Source: Candidatus Cloacimonadales bacterium (GTDB lineage Bacteria; Cloacimonadota; Cloacimonadia; Cloacimonadales; JAIOQZ01). From it: a DNA stretch of 64,000 nucleotides. A model generated the notes under the pieces. The model was not told the origin of the DNA. It saw only the letters and a program-made list of their open reading frames with translations, and did no database searches. Shown here piece by piece: positions 1 to 9,709 of the stretch (position 1 is the first letter of the stretch; each line of letters starts with the position of its first letter). Where the stretch lies: NCBI GenBank assembly GCA_963665815.1, contig OY762463.1, forward strand, positions 2,880,001-2,944,000. Reading direction: 5' to 3'. The position numbers and the translations under genes are program-made.

Positions 1-140
1 ATTGCTGAATTAATCAGGTTAAAATCTGAATGAGCTTATTTTGAATACTTGATAATGAGTTCAAAATTTCATCGAAACTTTTTGCAATAACGGTTTGAGT
101 TTTATTAATAATACAAAGATATTCAATATGGTTTCTTCAT

Positions 141-266
141 TTTCTTTGGTGTCCATAGAAAAGAAGCAAAAGAAAGGACATCTTTTTCAGAATGTATTTT
201 CAGCAAGCTGAAGCCAAAAATCATCCCTGAAATCCTTCCAAGGCTTCCGGATTTCTTAACGGGACA
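141..266. repeat. Putative structured intergenic element (REP/MITE-like or RNA structure)
   Basis: Interleaved complementary segments: tttctttgg(141-149)/caaaagaaa(167-175) and tgtcc(150-154)/ggaca(176-180). Also hairpins ttcag/ctgaa (199-212) and gaaatcc(229-235)/ggatttc(249-255). Confidence 0.3.
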
Positions 267-437
267 ATTTAATATAAAGAGAAAAGAATTAAAATACCCA
301 TATAATCTATATATTCCAAAAAAAACGGAACCTACTCCAAAGATGTTTCATGGAGGACACAGGTGTTAATCTTTTTATTGACTCCAATCCCCTGAAAATT
401 AACTTATCTTTGAAAATCAATTTAGAAGGAGATATCT

Positions 438-1184
438 ATGTATAAATTAGTACTGCTTCGTCATGGAGAAAGCGACTGGAACAAACAGAATCGTTTTACA
501 GGCTGGACTGATGTCGATCTTTCCGAAAAAGGAAGAAAAGAAGCTAAACAAGCAGGTATAGCATTAAAAAAAGAAAACTTTCAGTTTGATGTTGCTTATA
601 CATCCGTACTGAAAAGAGCAATAAGAACTTTATGGATTGTACTCGATGAAATGGATCTGATGTGGATTCCCGTGCATCGCTGCTACAAGCTTAACGAACG
701 TCATTACGGTGATCTGCAGGGTTACAACAAAGCGGAAATGGCAGCTAAAGTCGGTGAAGATCAGGTTCTTGTCTGGAGAAGAAGTTTTGATATTCCACCT
801 CCTGTACTCAGCAAAGACGATGAACGCCATCCATGCCACGACAGACGTTACGCAGAACTCAGCGAAGAAGAAGTTCCCGGAACAGAAAGTCTTAAGCTTA
901 CAATAGATAGAATGCTCCCTTACTGGCACGATGTTATCTCAAAAGATATTCTTGCAGGTAAAAACGTTCTCATTGCCGCTCATGGTAACAGTCTCAGAGC
1001 TCTCGTTAAATATCTCGATGATGTTTCAGAAGAAGCTATAGTAAAGCTTAACATTCCTACAGGTATTCCTCTTGTATATGAACTTGATGAAAACCTCAAG
1101 CCTATAAAACATTATTATCTTGCTGATGAGGAAGCTGTTCAGGCTGCCATGCATAAAGTGGCTAATCAGGGGAAAGCTAAATAG
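438..1184 (+). CDS. gpmA: 2,3-bisphosphoglycerate-dependent phosphoglycerate mutase
   Basis: LRHGES, NRFTGW, LNERHYG and AHGNSLR motifs; SD aggag upstream. Confidence 0.97.
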   Translation: MYKLVLLRHGESDWNKQNRFTGWTDVDLSEKGRKEAKQAGIALKKENFQFDVAYTSVLKRAIRTLWIVLDEMDLMWIPVHRCYKLNERHYGDLQGYNKAEMAAKVGEDQVLVWRRSFDIPPPVLSKDDERHPCHDRRYAELSEEEVPGTESLKLTIDRMLPYWHDVISKDILAGKNVLIAAHGNSLRALVKYLDDVSEEAIVKLNIPTGIPLVYELDENLKPIKHYYLADEEAVQAAMHKVANQGKAK

Positions 1185-1212
1185 TTATCTAAGTAATAAA
1201 TCACATATTCAG

Positions 1213-1239
1213 TCCCTTCGTTTTCGGAGGGATTTTTTT
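1213..1239 (+). terminator. Intrinsic terminator after gpmA
   Basis: tcccttcg-tttt-cggaggga hairpin followed by a T run. Confidence 0.75.
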
Positions 1240-2362
1240 ATTTTATCTCAATATCATAAACAGTGATAACATTTGATTCATTGTTATACTCAAACAAACG
1301 ATTATTCCTGATGATAAGTTTTGTATCTTTTACTTCTTGTGGTGTACTGTATTTTTTTTTCAGTAAACTTACTAACACACCTTCTGAATAAAACCTGAAC
1401 ACAGTAATTGAATTTTCCAGACTACCGGTTACTGTGACGAACAATCTGTGTTTTTTAATATAATGGATTGAATCCCATACTCTTTTAGTTCTGATAAAGG
1501 GATTTTCTTCGAAAATGTCTTCTCCATATAGTTCACGGATAATTTCTTTTTCCTTTTCTGTTCTTTCCGTCTTTATTTTCTTGTTTTTAAAAGTGTACTT
1601 GTAAGTCAGTTGCTTGTCGAGGACATCAAAACTGGGCTCAGTGTCATTACGGATTCCTACAATTATTTCATCATCTGTTACTACAGCACTTGTTTTGAAA
1701 AAGTCACCTTCCAGCAAAAGGTTAAAGTCTGTTGGTTCCATTTTATAGATGCATATATCATTAAACTCAGAATCAATTTTCTTGACGATATATTGTGTCA
1801 TCAATCCATCATCAACTACAAATGCTTTGTCTCCCATCAGAAAAATGTTTCCATCTTCCCTGTTAACATGAATCTTGTGTGAAGAAAGTCGAAACCTCTC
1901 AAAATCATGTATGCCATTGACATATTCAAGCTTATCATCCAAAGTAACAATTTTCCCCATAGTACTATGCAGATAAATATGATCCGATACATATATTGCG
2001 GAATACTCCTTGGCTTCTGCAGGACCGGAGCCTTTAAAACAATTATTTTTTATCAAATTGCCATTTTGATCATAAATAAAAAGCTCTAAATCATACATGT
2101 TCCAGATATAGTATTTATTATCATAATATGCAGCATCAGTCATGCTGAAAAAAGAGGTCTTGTCTGGAATCAGTTCATTATATCCCTGTATTTCTAAAAC
2201 AGGGCTGAAATTTATTTTCATTTCCGGTCTGGCTGGATTACCCTTATTATATATTATTCTCTTACCTTCAACGATAGTCTCTTCATATGTCAATGTCTGC
2301 CTGCCACATCCCGAAAACCATATTAATACTGATAGAACTAATAATAACATAATGTTCTTCAT
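1238..2362 (-). CDS. Lipoprotein, probable 6-bladed beta-propeller
   Basis: Signal peptide with lipobox FSGC; KGSGPAE motif (GxGPGE-like); beta-rich; C-terminal ITVYDIEIK strand. Confidence 0.65.
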   Translation of the reverse strand: MKNIMLLLVLSVLIWFSGCGRQTLTYEETIVEGKRIIYNKGNPARPEMKINFSPVLEIQGYNELIPDKTSFFSMTDAAYYDNKYYIWNMYDLELFIYDQNGNLIKNNCFKGSGPAEAKEYSAIYVSDHIYLHSTMGKIVTLDDKLEYVNGIHDFERFRLSSHKIHVNREDGNIFLMGDKAFVVDDGLMTQYIVKKIDSEFNDICIYKMEPTDFNLLLEGDFFKTSAVVTDDEIIVGIRNDTEPSFDVLDKQLTYKYTFKNKKIKTERTEKEKEIIRELYGEDIFEENPFIRTKRVWDSIHYIKKHRLFVTVTGSLENSITVFRFYSEGVLVSLLKKKYSTPQEVKDTKLIIRNNRLFEYNNESNVITVYDIEIK

Positions 2363-2496
2363 TTTACTGCTCCTCTTTTTATGCAGAAGTTATAGTCAAT
2401 AACCTTAAATTGATTCTAATTCTTTATACGGTTAAAGTTTAGGGGAATGGATCGGTCAGAGTCAAGTAAATTATCGGATAGAGCAAATGAAAATAA

Positions 2497-2524
2497 AAAG
2501 CCTGCCGAGTAATCAGCAGGCTTT
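2497..2524 (-). terminator. Intrinsic terminator after groES-trxA
   Basis: aaagcctgc...gcaggcttt inverted repeat with an A run on its left (U tract on the minus strand). Confidence 0.7.
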
Positions 2525-2547
2525 AAAATCTAAATAATTATCTGTAA

Positions 2548-2868
2548 TTAGATGTATTGATTGAGTTTTTCTTCGATTTTAGTTTTTGGAACTAAACCGA
2601 TAATCTGTTCTTGAACCTGTCCGCCTTTAAAAAGAAGCAGTGTAGGAATTGACATTACTTGATATTTTGTAGCCACTTGAGGACTTTCATCAACGTTAAC
2701 TTTTACGATGTTTACTTTACCTTTCATTTCTACGGCAAGTTCATCTATTGTTGGAGTCAACGCTTTACAAGGACCACACCATGGAGCCCATAAGTCTACA
2801 AGCACCGGGATATCTGAATTTAATACAACCTGATCGAAATTGGCATCGTTTACGTGTGCTGCTGCCAT
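2548..2868 (-). CDS. trxA: Thioredoxin
   Basis: WAPWCGPC active site, SIPT cis-Pro motif, 106 aa. Confidence 0.96.
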   Translation of the reverse strand: MAAAHVNDANFDQVVLNSDIPVLVDLWAPWCGPCKALTPTIDELAVEMKGKVNIVKVNVDESPQVATKYQVMSIPTLLLFKGGQVQEQIIGLVPKTKIEEKLNQYI

Positions 2869-2872
2869 AATG

Positions 2873-3142
2873 CTACTCGATTACCGCAAGAATGTCATTT
2901 CTTGAAACGATGAGATATTTCTTGTTTTCAACTTCGACTTCTGTTCCGCCGTATTTTCCATAGAGTATCTTATCACCGACTTTTACGATTTCCTGTAATT
3001 CTTCATCTGTACCAACAGCAATGATTTCACCAATTTGTGGTTTTTCTTTAGCTGTATCAGGAATGATGATTCCACCAACTGTTTTTTGTTCTAACGCTTT
3101 AGGTTCAATAACAACTCTGTCGTCGATAGGTTTAATTGTCAT
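2873..3142 (-). CDS. groES: Co-chaperonin GroES
   Basis: IKPIDDRV, GGIIIPDTAKEKP and KYGGTEV motifs. Start moved to ATG 3142, which follows a GGAGG SD. Confidence 0.95.
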   Translation of the reverse strand: MTIKPIDDRVVIEPKALEQKTVGGIIIPDTAKEKPQIGEIIAVGTDEELQEIVKVGDKILYGKYGGTEVEVENKKYLIVSRNDILAVIE

Positions 3143-3198
3143 AAGTACCTCCATTTATTCTTTATTTTTTTAAATTAATTTACTGTACTTTTATTAAA

Positions 3199-3225
3199 TT
3201 AGCAAACTCTTTTTACGACTGCCAG
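3199..3225 (-). promoter_or_regulatory. Degenerate CIRCE (HrcA operator) in the groES promoter
   Basis: Minus strand CTGGCAGTC-N9-GTTTGCTAA versus consensus TTAGCACTC-N9-GAGTGCTAA; lies just downstream of a TTGACT -35 (3237-3232). Confidence 0.6.
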
Positions 3226-3262
3226 TTTTTTAGTCAAGTAATTTTAGTAAAAATGTGATTAA

Positions 3263-4543
3263 TCAGGAACCAATTTCTTTTACAGTATCTCGGTGTTGAT
3301 CAGCTATACAAGAGCAGGAGCCTTTTCTGCATCGTAAGAAGCTCATACCTGCTGCCAGAAATTGAAGAAGTGCTGCCACAATGAACACGAATTTCATATC
3401 GAACAATTTGAGAAGGGCAAATCCCAGAAACGGAGCAAAGAACCCTCTTAATCCTGTTAATGTAACGTGTACGCTTTGATACATGGATGCATCATTTTCT
3501 CCTGCAAAATAAATAGAACCTATGTTCCATGATATATTTAGTCCGGACATGGCAGCTCCGTAAAATATACAGGCAATATACATCAGCAATAATGCATAAG
3601 ATGTTTTGATAAAAATAAGTGAGAGAAGAAGAAAGGTAGGATATATGGCCATTAACAGGAATGAAAAACCTGTAAAGAATATTGGATTAATTTTATCATG
3701 AACTCTTCCGGCAATTGGAGACAGAAACAGCATTCCAAGCTGCATCAGTATACCTTTTGCCAGAAAAGAGTGTGAATAGTCCAGATTGAGATAGTTCTCT
3801 CCCACTAGAAACAGTGGAAGTACAGGTACAACCATAATAAAACCCATGCCATACGTGAAGAAAGCGAGTTCGAAGTAAGCAAAAGCTTTATCCTCTCTGA
3901 GCACTAAAATTGTCCTTTTGATAGGTCTGAGCAGTATTTCCGGCAAAGTTCTTTTAGCTTTTGGAACCTGTGATTTTTTGAAAGTCTTTACAAACGAGAG
4001 CAGCGAAACCCCGATAAAACTCAGTATACCGATGACAAAGAAAATCTTCTTATAATCATGTTCCGAATAATCCAGAATCTTACCTGCTATGTACGACGTG
4101 GACATAGTAATAACAGTTACAATACTGGTGATTATCCCAAAGACTTTCCCCCTGACCTTATTATTGAAGCTATTCTGCAAAAGCGAATTCTGCAGCGGCA
4201 TAAAAAGTGAATTGAAGCTGTACATAATAAACAGCATAATAAATAGATGGGTAAAGTTTGAAATCCAGAGACCTGTCAGCAGGATCAGTCTTCCCCCGAA
4301 AGCAATCCACCAGAAATATCTGGCTTTACGATCCGACTGCTCCAGAATATTTCCCCACCAGATAGAGAAGAAAATCGTTACTGCCCAGACCATGGACAGC
4401 AGGGTAATCTGCCAATCCTCGGCGTTTAGTGCTTTCTTGGCAATAATATCCTGAAATGCTCCGATACTGAGAGCGAATGCGTTCAGCATAAGTGCCGGCA
4501 TAATCAGCCAGAATGATTTTCTTTCTGCTTTATTTAATTTCAT
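3263..4543 (-). CDS. MFS transporter
   Basis: About 12 hydrophobic segments in two halves; RGKVFG and GRVHDK loop motifs. Confidence 0.85.
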   Translation of the reverse strand: MKLNKAERKSFWLIMPALMLNAFALSIGAFQDIIAKKALNAEDWQITLLSMVWAVTIFFSIWWGNILEQSDRKARYFWWIAFGGRLILLTGLWISNFTHLFIMLFIMYSFNSLFMPLQNSLLQNSFNNKVRGKVFGIITSIVTVITMSTSYIAGKILDYSEHDYKKIFFVIGILSFIGVSLLSFVKTFKKSQVPKAKRTLPEILLRPIKRTILVLREDKAFAYFELAFFTYGMGFIMVVPVLPLFLVGENYLNLDYSHSFLAKGILMQLGMLFLSPIAGRVHDKINPIFFTGFSFLLMAIYPTFLLLSLIFIKTSYALLLMYIACIFYGAAMSGLNISWNIGSIYFAGENDASMYQSVHVTLTGLRGFFAPFLGFALLKLFDMKFVFIVAALLQFLAAGMSFLRCRKGSCSCIADQHRDTVKEIGS

Positions 4544-4683
4544 TTATTCTCCGATGCTTAATTGCGAATGAGTATCAATTTTGAGAAGCTTTTTATTATA
4601 ATTTTTGCAGATGATTAAATAAAAATAGATTTACAATTATTGATACAGAAATAACATTTTGTCATTAGATATTTGGAGGAACA

Positions 4684-4998
4684 ATGCACCTAACAAACAT
4701 TGAAAACGTACCCGGAATGAAAATTGTCAGGCATTTTGGTCTTGTGTCTGGATCGACAGTAAGAGCAAAGCACGTAGGAAGAGACTTCATGGCAGGTCTT
4801 AAAAACATCGTTGGTGGAGAACTTAAAGGTTATACTGAACTACTTCAGGAGTCGCGTAATCAGGCGATACAGAGAATGGTAATGCAGGCTAAGGAGATGG
4901 GAGCTAATGCGATTGTAAACATCAGATTCTCGACTTCATCGGTTGCACAGGGAGCTGCAGAGCTCTATGCATACGGCACAGCAGTAATTGTAGAATAA
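4684..4998 (+). CDS. YbjQ/UPF0145 family protein
   Basis: GLVSGSTV...GLKNIVGGELKGYTELL...GANAIV...AYGTAV. Confidence 0.9.
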   Translation: MHLTNIENVPGMKIVRHFGLVSGSTVRAKHVGRDFMAGLKNIVGGELKGYTELLQESRNQAIQRMVMQAKEMGANAIVNIRFSTSSVAQGAAELYAYGTAVIVE

Positions 4999-5005
4999 TG
5001 GAGAC

Positions 5006-5482
5006 ATGATGGAAGAAGGAATGCAACACCTGTTTTCTCTTGGTTTCGTTCTATTTCTGATAATCCTTGGTTATATTATAGGAACTATAAATGAGAAAAA
5101 ACATTATGAATCAATAAAGATAAGGGAAAAGCTCTTTCTCAATCTCCCGGCAGTGACTCTTAAGAATGCTGTTCCTGACGGACTGGAAATTGAGAAGTCA
5201 GAGCTGGTCATCGGTGGAGTTGTTGTTGCTCTGGACTATTTCAAGAAGTTTCTTGCCGGTCTATACAATATTTTTGGTGGAGAAGTTCGTTCATATGAGA
5301 CTCTTGTTGACAGGGCTCGTAGAGAAGCTATCCTCAGAATGAAAGAGAGTGCCGGAGATGCCTATATCATACAGAACATGAGAATTGAGACATCTACAGT
5401 AGGTACAACAGGTAAAAAGAATGACTCAGCCGGAGCTGTTGAAGTAATAGCTTATGGTACTGCAGTTTATATAAAAAAATGA
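5006..5482 (+). CDS. YbjQ-family protein with N-terminal membrane anchor
   Basis: N-terminal TM helix; FGGEVRSYETLVDRARREA and AYGTAV motifs. Confidence 0.85.
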   Translation: MMEEGMQHLFSLGFVLFLIILGYIIGTINEKKHYESIKIREKLFLNLPAVTLKNAVPDGLEIEKSELVIGGVVVALDYFKKFLAGLYNIFGGEVRSYETLVDRARREAILRMKESAGDAYIIQNMRIETSTVGTTGKKNDSAGAVEVIAYGTAVYIKK

Positions 5483-6234
5483 ATTTCAGACCTGTAGAAC
5501 TTAAAGAAAACCATAATATAAACAAAGGCTCCAGAGTTAAAGATTTATTTGTCCTTTTAGGTGGAGTTTTACTGGCAATTATCATTTTGTATTATCTGTC
5601 AGGTCTGCTTGTTGATTTGATTGCTCCGCATCTGCCTGAAAAAATGGAAAAAAGTATAAATTCTCAATATCGAAAGCATTTTATGAAGGAACAGAATGAC
5701 GAAGCTCTCAGCCTGCAAAGTCTTGTAGACTCTCTTGTAGATGGTTCTGACAGAGACCTTGATTTTTGTATTGTCATCTCAAGATCAACCGATGTAAACG
5801 CATTTGCTGTTCCCGGAGGAATAATTACATTGAACAGAGGACTGATTGATTTTGCTGACTCCAGACAGGAACTGGCATTTGTAATAGCCCACGAGTTGGG
5901 GCATTTTCAGCATTACGATCATACAAAAGGAATTGGACGTGGTCTTATAGCAGGTTTGATAATCAGCTTTTTTACAGGTAAAGATAACACTGTTGCCGGT
6001 ATAATGAATCTTTCGGCAGGCAGCATTGATCTGAAATTTTCACGCAGACAGGAATCAGCAGCAGACAGATATGCTGTTCAAAAACTTATTGAGCACTATG
6101 GGAATGCAGATGGAGCAGTCAGTTTTCTGCGTAGGATGAGCCAGCTGGATAACTATGGAAAATTCACAGCATTTTTCAGTACTCATCCTCATCCTGAGAA
6201 GAGGCTTGAACAGGTTATTGACTCAATTAAGTAA
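5479..6234 (+). CDS. M48 family zinc metallopeptidase
   Basis: NAFAVPGG, HELGH (HExxH), SRRQESAAD and STHP motifs; N-terminal TM helix. Confidence 0.9.
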   Translation: MNFRPVELKENHNINKGSRVKDLFVLLGGVLLAIIILYYLSGLLVDLIAPHLPEKMEKSINSQYRKHFMKEQNDEALSLQSLVDSLVDGSDRDLDFCIVISRSTDVNAFAVPGGIITLNRGLIDFADSRQELAFVIAHELGHFQHYDHTKGIGRGLIAGLIISFFTGKDNTVAGIMNLSAGSIDLKFSRRQESAADRYAVQKLIEHYGNADGAVSFLRRMSQLDNYGKFTAFFSTHPHPEKRLEQVIDSIK

Positions 6235-6282
6235 CTTATTAACAAAAAAGGAGATCTTTGCATAAATTGGGTTGCTCATATC

Positions 6283-6347
6283 TTAACTTTTAACATATAT
6301 AAGCCTGTAGAATTATCTGCAGGCTCATAATTATGAATAATTTGACA
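6283..6347 (+). repeat. Direct repeat copy A (terminator-like hairpin plus TTGACA)
   Basis: ttaacttttaacatatataagcctgt (26 bp) is identical to 9361-9386. It continues as the hairpin agcctgtaga/tctgcaggct and then aatttgaca. Confidence 0.85.
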
Positions 6348-6549
6348 ATATATCATAGAAAAACTCATTATACTTCTCAAGAGAGATGCAATAACTCTGA
6401 ACTACAGTAAAGAATTAATTAAGATGAAGAGGAGTAGTTAATACTCAATAAAAGTTTATTCAAATTTATTTATGGAACTAAAATTGCATAAATGATAAAA
6501 AAATATCTGTATCTGATATAGGGGTATGTCAGCAGCAGATAAGGGGGAT

Positions 6550-9339
6550 ATGATGACTATTTCTAATAAAAGAGCTTTTACTTTAGTCATTCTTGTTTTT
6601 TTGATTGCAAACGCAATTGCATTCACAAGTGATATTGATGTAAACCTTTTTAACACACAAACATTACCATTGCCAACAGGCATAACTGAACTTTCAACAA
6701 CAATCGGGTATTCAAGAATTGTTGCAGATCGTTATAACAACCATCTTTTAGTTAGTTTTCTTAACTATAACAGAGTGTTTGTATACGAAAACTCCAATGA
6801 CACCTGGAGTATTTTACAGGAATTACTACCTGCAGATACAACTGATGTCAGTAATTTCGGAAACTCAATCAGCATAACCGAAAATAAAATAGCTGTTGGA
6901 TCAAAGCGCTCTCAGTTTCATGCATTTATTTACGCTTTTGATGGAACACAGTATAGTGAGAGTCAAAGATTATCAGTAAATCCGGATGAGTATTCAGATT
7001 TTTGGGCTTACTGGCATGCATTTACATTGGAGTTACAGTCAGACAATCTCATTATTGGTTGTGATGGTATAAATATGTGCACATACTTCTTAACACTGTT
7101 TTACAAGAATGTTAACAACAGCTATCAGCTCCAGAATTATGATGAAGATGCTGCCTGCAGTAATATAAGCGCAGAAAATGATATTGCTGTTCTTTCCGGA
7201 AAATGGCACGGAGACGAGCCTGGACCGGGAGAATATAGATCAGGCGCATATAGCTATAACGGATCTATCTGGGAACCAGACAATACATTTTCAGATGGTG
7301 CTTCCATGGAAAATATAGACTGGTACTCTAATATCAGGAATGACAGATCAGTCGGTGTCGATGGTATAGATTTGCTCCTTCTAGAACATGATGGAGCAAA
7401 CTGGGGTATATTGAAAACTGCATCAGTTCCGGAAGGACTTCTGACTCTAGAGGCTGAATACAGTGTTCAGCTTAATAATGAAAGCATAATGTTAGGCAGC
7501 AAGCATTTCAGATACAACACAGACGATGATTATGCAATATATTCCTTGAAAGATACGTCTGTTGTTTACCACTGTATCATTCAGGGTGAAGATAATGAAA
7601 ACATACAGGTGCTGGACAATTCATTTGTTTTGACAACACCGAATACTCTTAAGGTTGTTGATTTACCTTCTCTTTCAGCTAACTTCGAGACAACAACATT
7701 CAAGATAGACAATCATTTTGGATTGAAATTGAAAAACGCATCACTTAGCGACTATTCAGTTGAATGGGACCTCAATAATGATGGTTCTATCGATTCATAT
7801 ATGCAGAATCCAATTATTGAAATGGAAGTTACTGATGAAATGGATGTACGTCTTACTGTCTATGATGAAACGGGAAATGAAAGTCATACTATAATAAAAA
7901 CTGTGGCTATAGATAAAGAAGATGCTGGTTACTATACAAGATTAGATTTTTATGATTGGTTACAAAGTTGCGATGGAGGATTTGAAAGAGTCTATGATTT
8001 TGCATCGGATTTTAATGCGAATTCTGATTACATTTTTGCAAGATACAGTTATAATTCAATGTATGATATGGGAGATGCCCTTAGAACTTTTGAAAAATCT
8101 GAAAGTTGGGGAATTTCTTCAATAAATGGTAATTGGTTTGATACTGGAATGCGTGAACATGCAATGATCAGTAATAGTAAAATCTTATTTCAGGGAATTG
8201 GGATCTATAATGACATAGAACGGCAATTCAACTATTGCGAGATTGGAGATGATAGAATTCCTGTGCTCCGTCAACGTGTCTCTACCTATAGTGATAACCC
8301 CAAAACATATCTTGATATTGCGGATAATTATTCAGTGGCAAAGCAAGGTGAGTCTTCACTGATTTTCGGAGAATGGCAGGATTCAATGTTTGTGGATATT
8401 CAACAAGTAACAGTAAATGGAGAGATCAATAGTGCCAGAATTACTGATAGTCACTGTTTAGTTTCAACATTCACTAATGACAGCTTCTACATATCAGTTT
8501 ATAAGAACAATAATAATGTATGGCAACTTCAAAATATTTTTCACGATATAGATTTGACTCCTCAAAATTATGTTTCCAAATCATTAGGAGAATCAATTCT
8601 GAAATATGATGATGGGTTCGTTGTACTTCAGTATTTCAGAACTCCATATAATCCGGATGAAGAATATATCAGAGAATATCATCTGCTTTTTTTCAGGGAA
8701 ATGGACAGCAGTTGGTATATTGTGGACGATTTACTGATTCACAGTTCATCCTCATATCTTCCTGTAAGTGATCTAAGTATTGGAATTTGTAACAGATTTC
8801 TTGCTCATAGAGATATTGAAGAGGAGTCTGTTAAACTGTATTACAAAAATTGGGATGGAGAATGGGAGCTGATAGATGCACTTACAAATCCTGAACAGCC
8901 ATTTGATTCTGGTTTTGGCAATCAGATTGTTATTACAGATGAAGACATTCTCATTTCTGCGCCGACTCAGCAATTGTATGATTCACAGGCAGCTCTTTAT
9001 GTATTTCCTCTTGACAGACTCTATGTGAGCAATGACGACAACGAGGTATCTGCTCCTGATCTGAAAGGCAGTTTGGCAAACTACCCTAATCCGTTTAACC
9101 CAAGTACAACATTTGCCTATTCTATTCCGGAAAGTGGAAACGTAGAGATTGCTGTGTATAATCTCAAGGGTCAGAAAGTGACTTCACTTGTGAATGATTA
9201 TATAGAGCAGGGGAGTCACAGAATACTCTGGGAAGGAAAAGACAGTAACAACAAAAATGTCAGTTCCGGTGTGTATTTCTACCAGCTGAAACTAAACGGA
9301 AAAGCACTTAAAACCAGTAAATGTGTGTTGTTGAAGTAG
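6550..9339 (+). CDS. Large secreted protein: propeller-like repeats, PKD-like segment, C-terminal FlgD-Ig/T9SS-type sorting domain
   Basis: Signal peptide; FGNSISI/FGNQIVI repeats; WDLNNDG PKD-like motif; NYPNPFNP...KCVLLK tail. ATG 6550 follows a GGGGG SD. Confidence 0.75.
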   Translation: MMTISNKRAFTLVILVFLIANAIAFTSDIDVNLFNTQTLPLPTGITELSTTIGYSRIVADRYNNHLLVSFLNYNRVFVYENSNDTWSILQELLPADTTDVSNFGNSISITENKIAVGSKRSQFHAFIYAFDGTQYSESQRLSVNPDEYSDFWAYWHAFTLELQSDNLIIGCDGINMCTYFLTLFYKNVNNSYQLQNYDEDAACSNISAENDIAVLSGKWHGDEPGPGEYRSGAYSYNGSIWEPDNTFSDGASMENIDWYSNIRNDRSVGVDGIDLLLLEHDGANWGILKTASVPEGLLTLEAEYSVQLNNESIMLGSKHFRYNTDDDYAIYSLKDTSVVYHCIIQGEDNENIQVLDNSFVLTTPNTLKVVDLPSLSANFETTTFKIDNHFGLKLKNASLSDYSVEWDLNNDGSIDSYMQNPIIEMEVTDEMDVRLTVYDETGNESHTIIKTVAIDKEDAGYYTRLDFYDWLQSCDGGFERVYDFASDFNANSDYIFARYSYNSMYDMGDALRTFEKSESWGISSINGNWFDTGMREHAMISNSKILFQGIGIYNDIERQFNYCEIGDDRIPVLRQRVSTYSDNPKTYLDIADNYSVAKQGESSLIFGEWQDSMFVDIQQVTVNGEINSARITDSHCLVSTFTNDSFYISVYKNNNNVWQLQNIFHDIDLTPQNYVSKSLGESILKYDDGFVVLQYFRTPYNPDEEYIREYHLLFFREMDSSWYIVDDLLIHSSSSYLPVSDLSIGICNRFLAHRDIEEESVKLYYKNWDGEWELIDALTNPEQPFDSGFGNQIVITDEDILISAPTQQLYDSQAALYVFPLDRLYVSNDDNEVSAPDLKGSLANYPNPFNPSTTFAYSIPESGNVEIAVYNLKGQKVTSLVNDYIEQGSHRILWEGKDSNNKNVSSGVYFYQLKLNGKALKTSKCVLLK

Positions 9340-9360
9340 TTTTTGCTTTTATATAAGTTT

Positions 9361-9426
9361 TTAACTTTTAACATATATAAGCCTGTGGAACTTCTGCAGG
9401 CTTTCTTTATTATAAAGAATTTGACA
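9361..9426 (+). repeat. Direct repeat copy B (terminator hairpin plus TTGACA)
   Basis: Matches 6283-6347; hairpin agcctgtgga/tctgcaggct followed by ttcttt. Confidence 0.85.
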
Positions 9427-9480
9427 TCAATATAATACGATAGAATCTTGTCACATAAATATTAAAGGAGTTCAAAATAT

Positions 9481-9709
9481 CCGGAGCTGTTCAGGAGGGT
9501 CCTGAACTAAGTCGGAGCCGTAAATAATCTGAAAAACTTATATCACGTAAACAATTACAACAAATGGAGTTGGATTGTTTTGAATGCGCCTTGCAGACGT
9601 TGTTATAGTGCATATATCAGTACATTTATGGTTTATTTATTGAGTTTCCCAAACCCTCGAATTAATTAATTCTGACAAAACAATCCCTCCTAAACAGCAG
9701 GAGGAAAAA
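9481..9709 (+). promoter_or_regulatory. Candidate cis-regulatory 5' leader (translational switch/attenuator)
   Basis: Hairpin gttcagga/tcctgaac (9489-9507). SD-sequestering stem cctcct(9686-9691)/aggagg(9699-9704). Competing helix ggattgttttg(9572-9582)/caaaacaatcc(9676-9686). uORFs at 9564-9608 and 9584-9643. Confidence 0.55.

Noticed and set aside
6283-6347. Integron attC interpretation of the repeats flanking single genes
   Set aside because: No paired RYYYAAC...GTTRRRY ends, no array of same-family sites and no integrase in the window.
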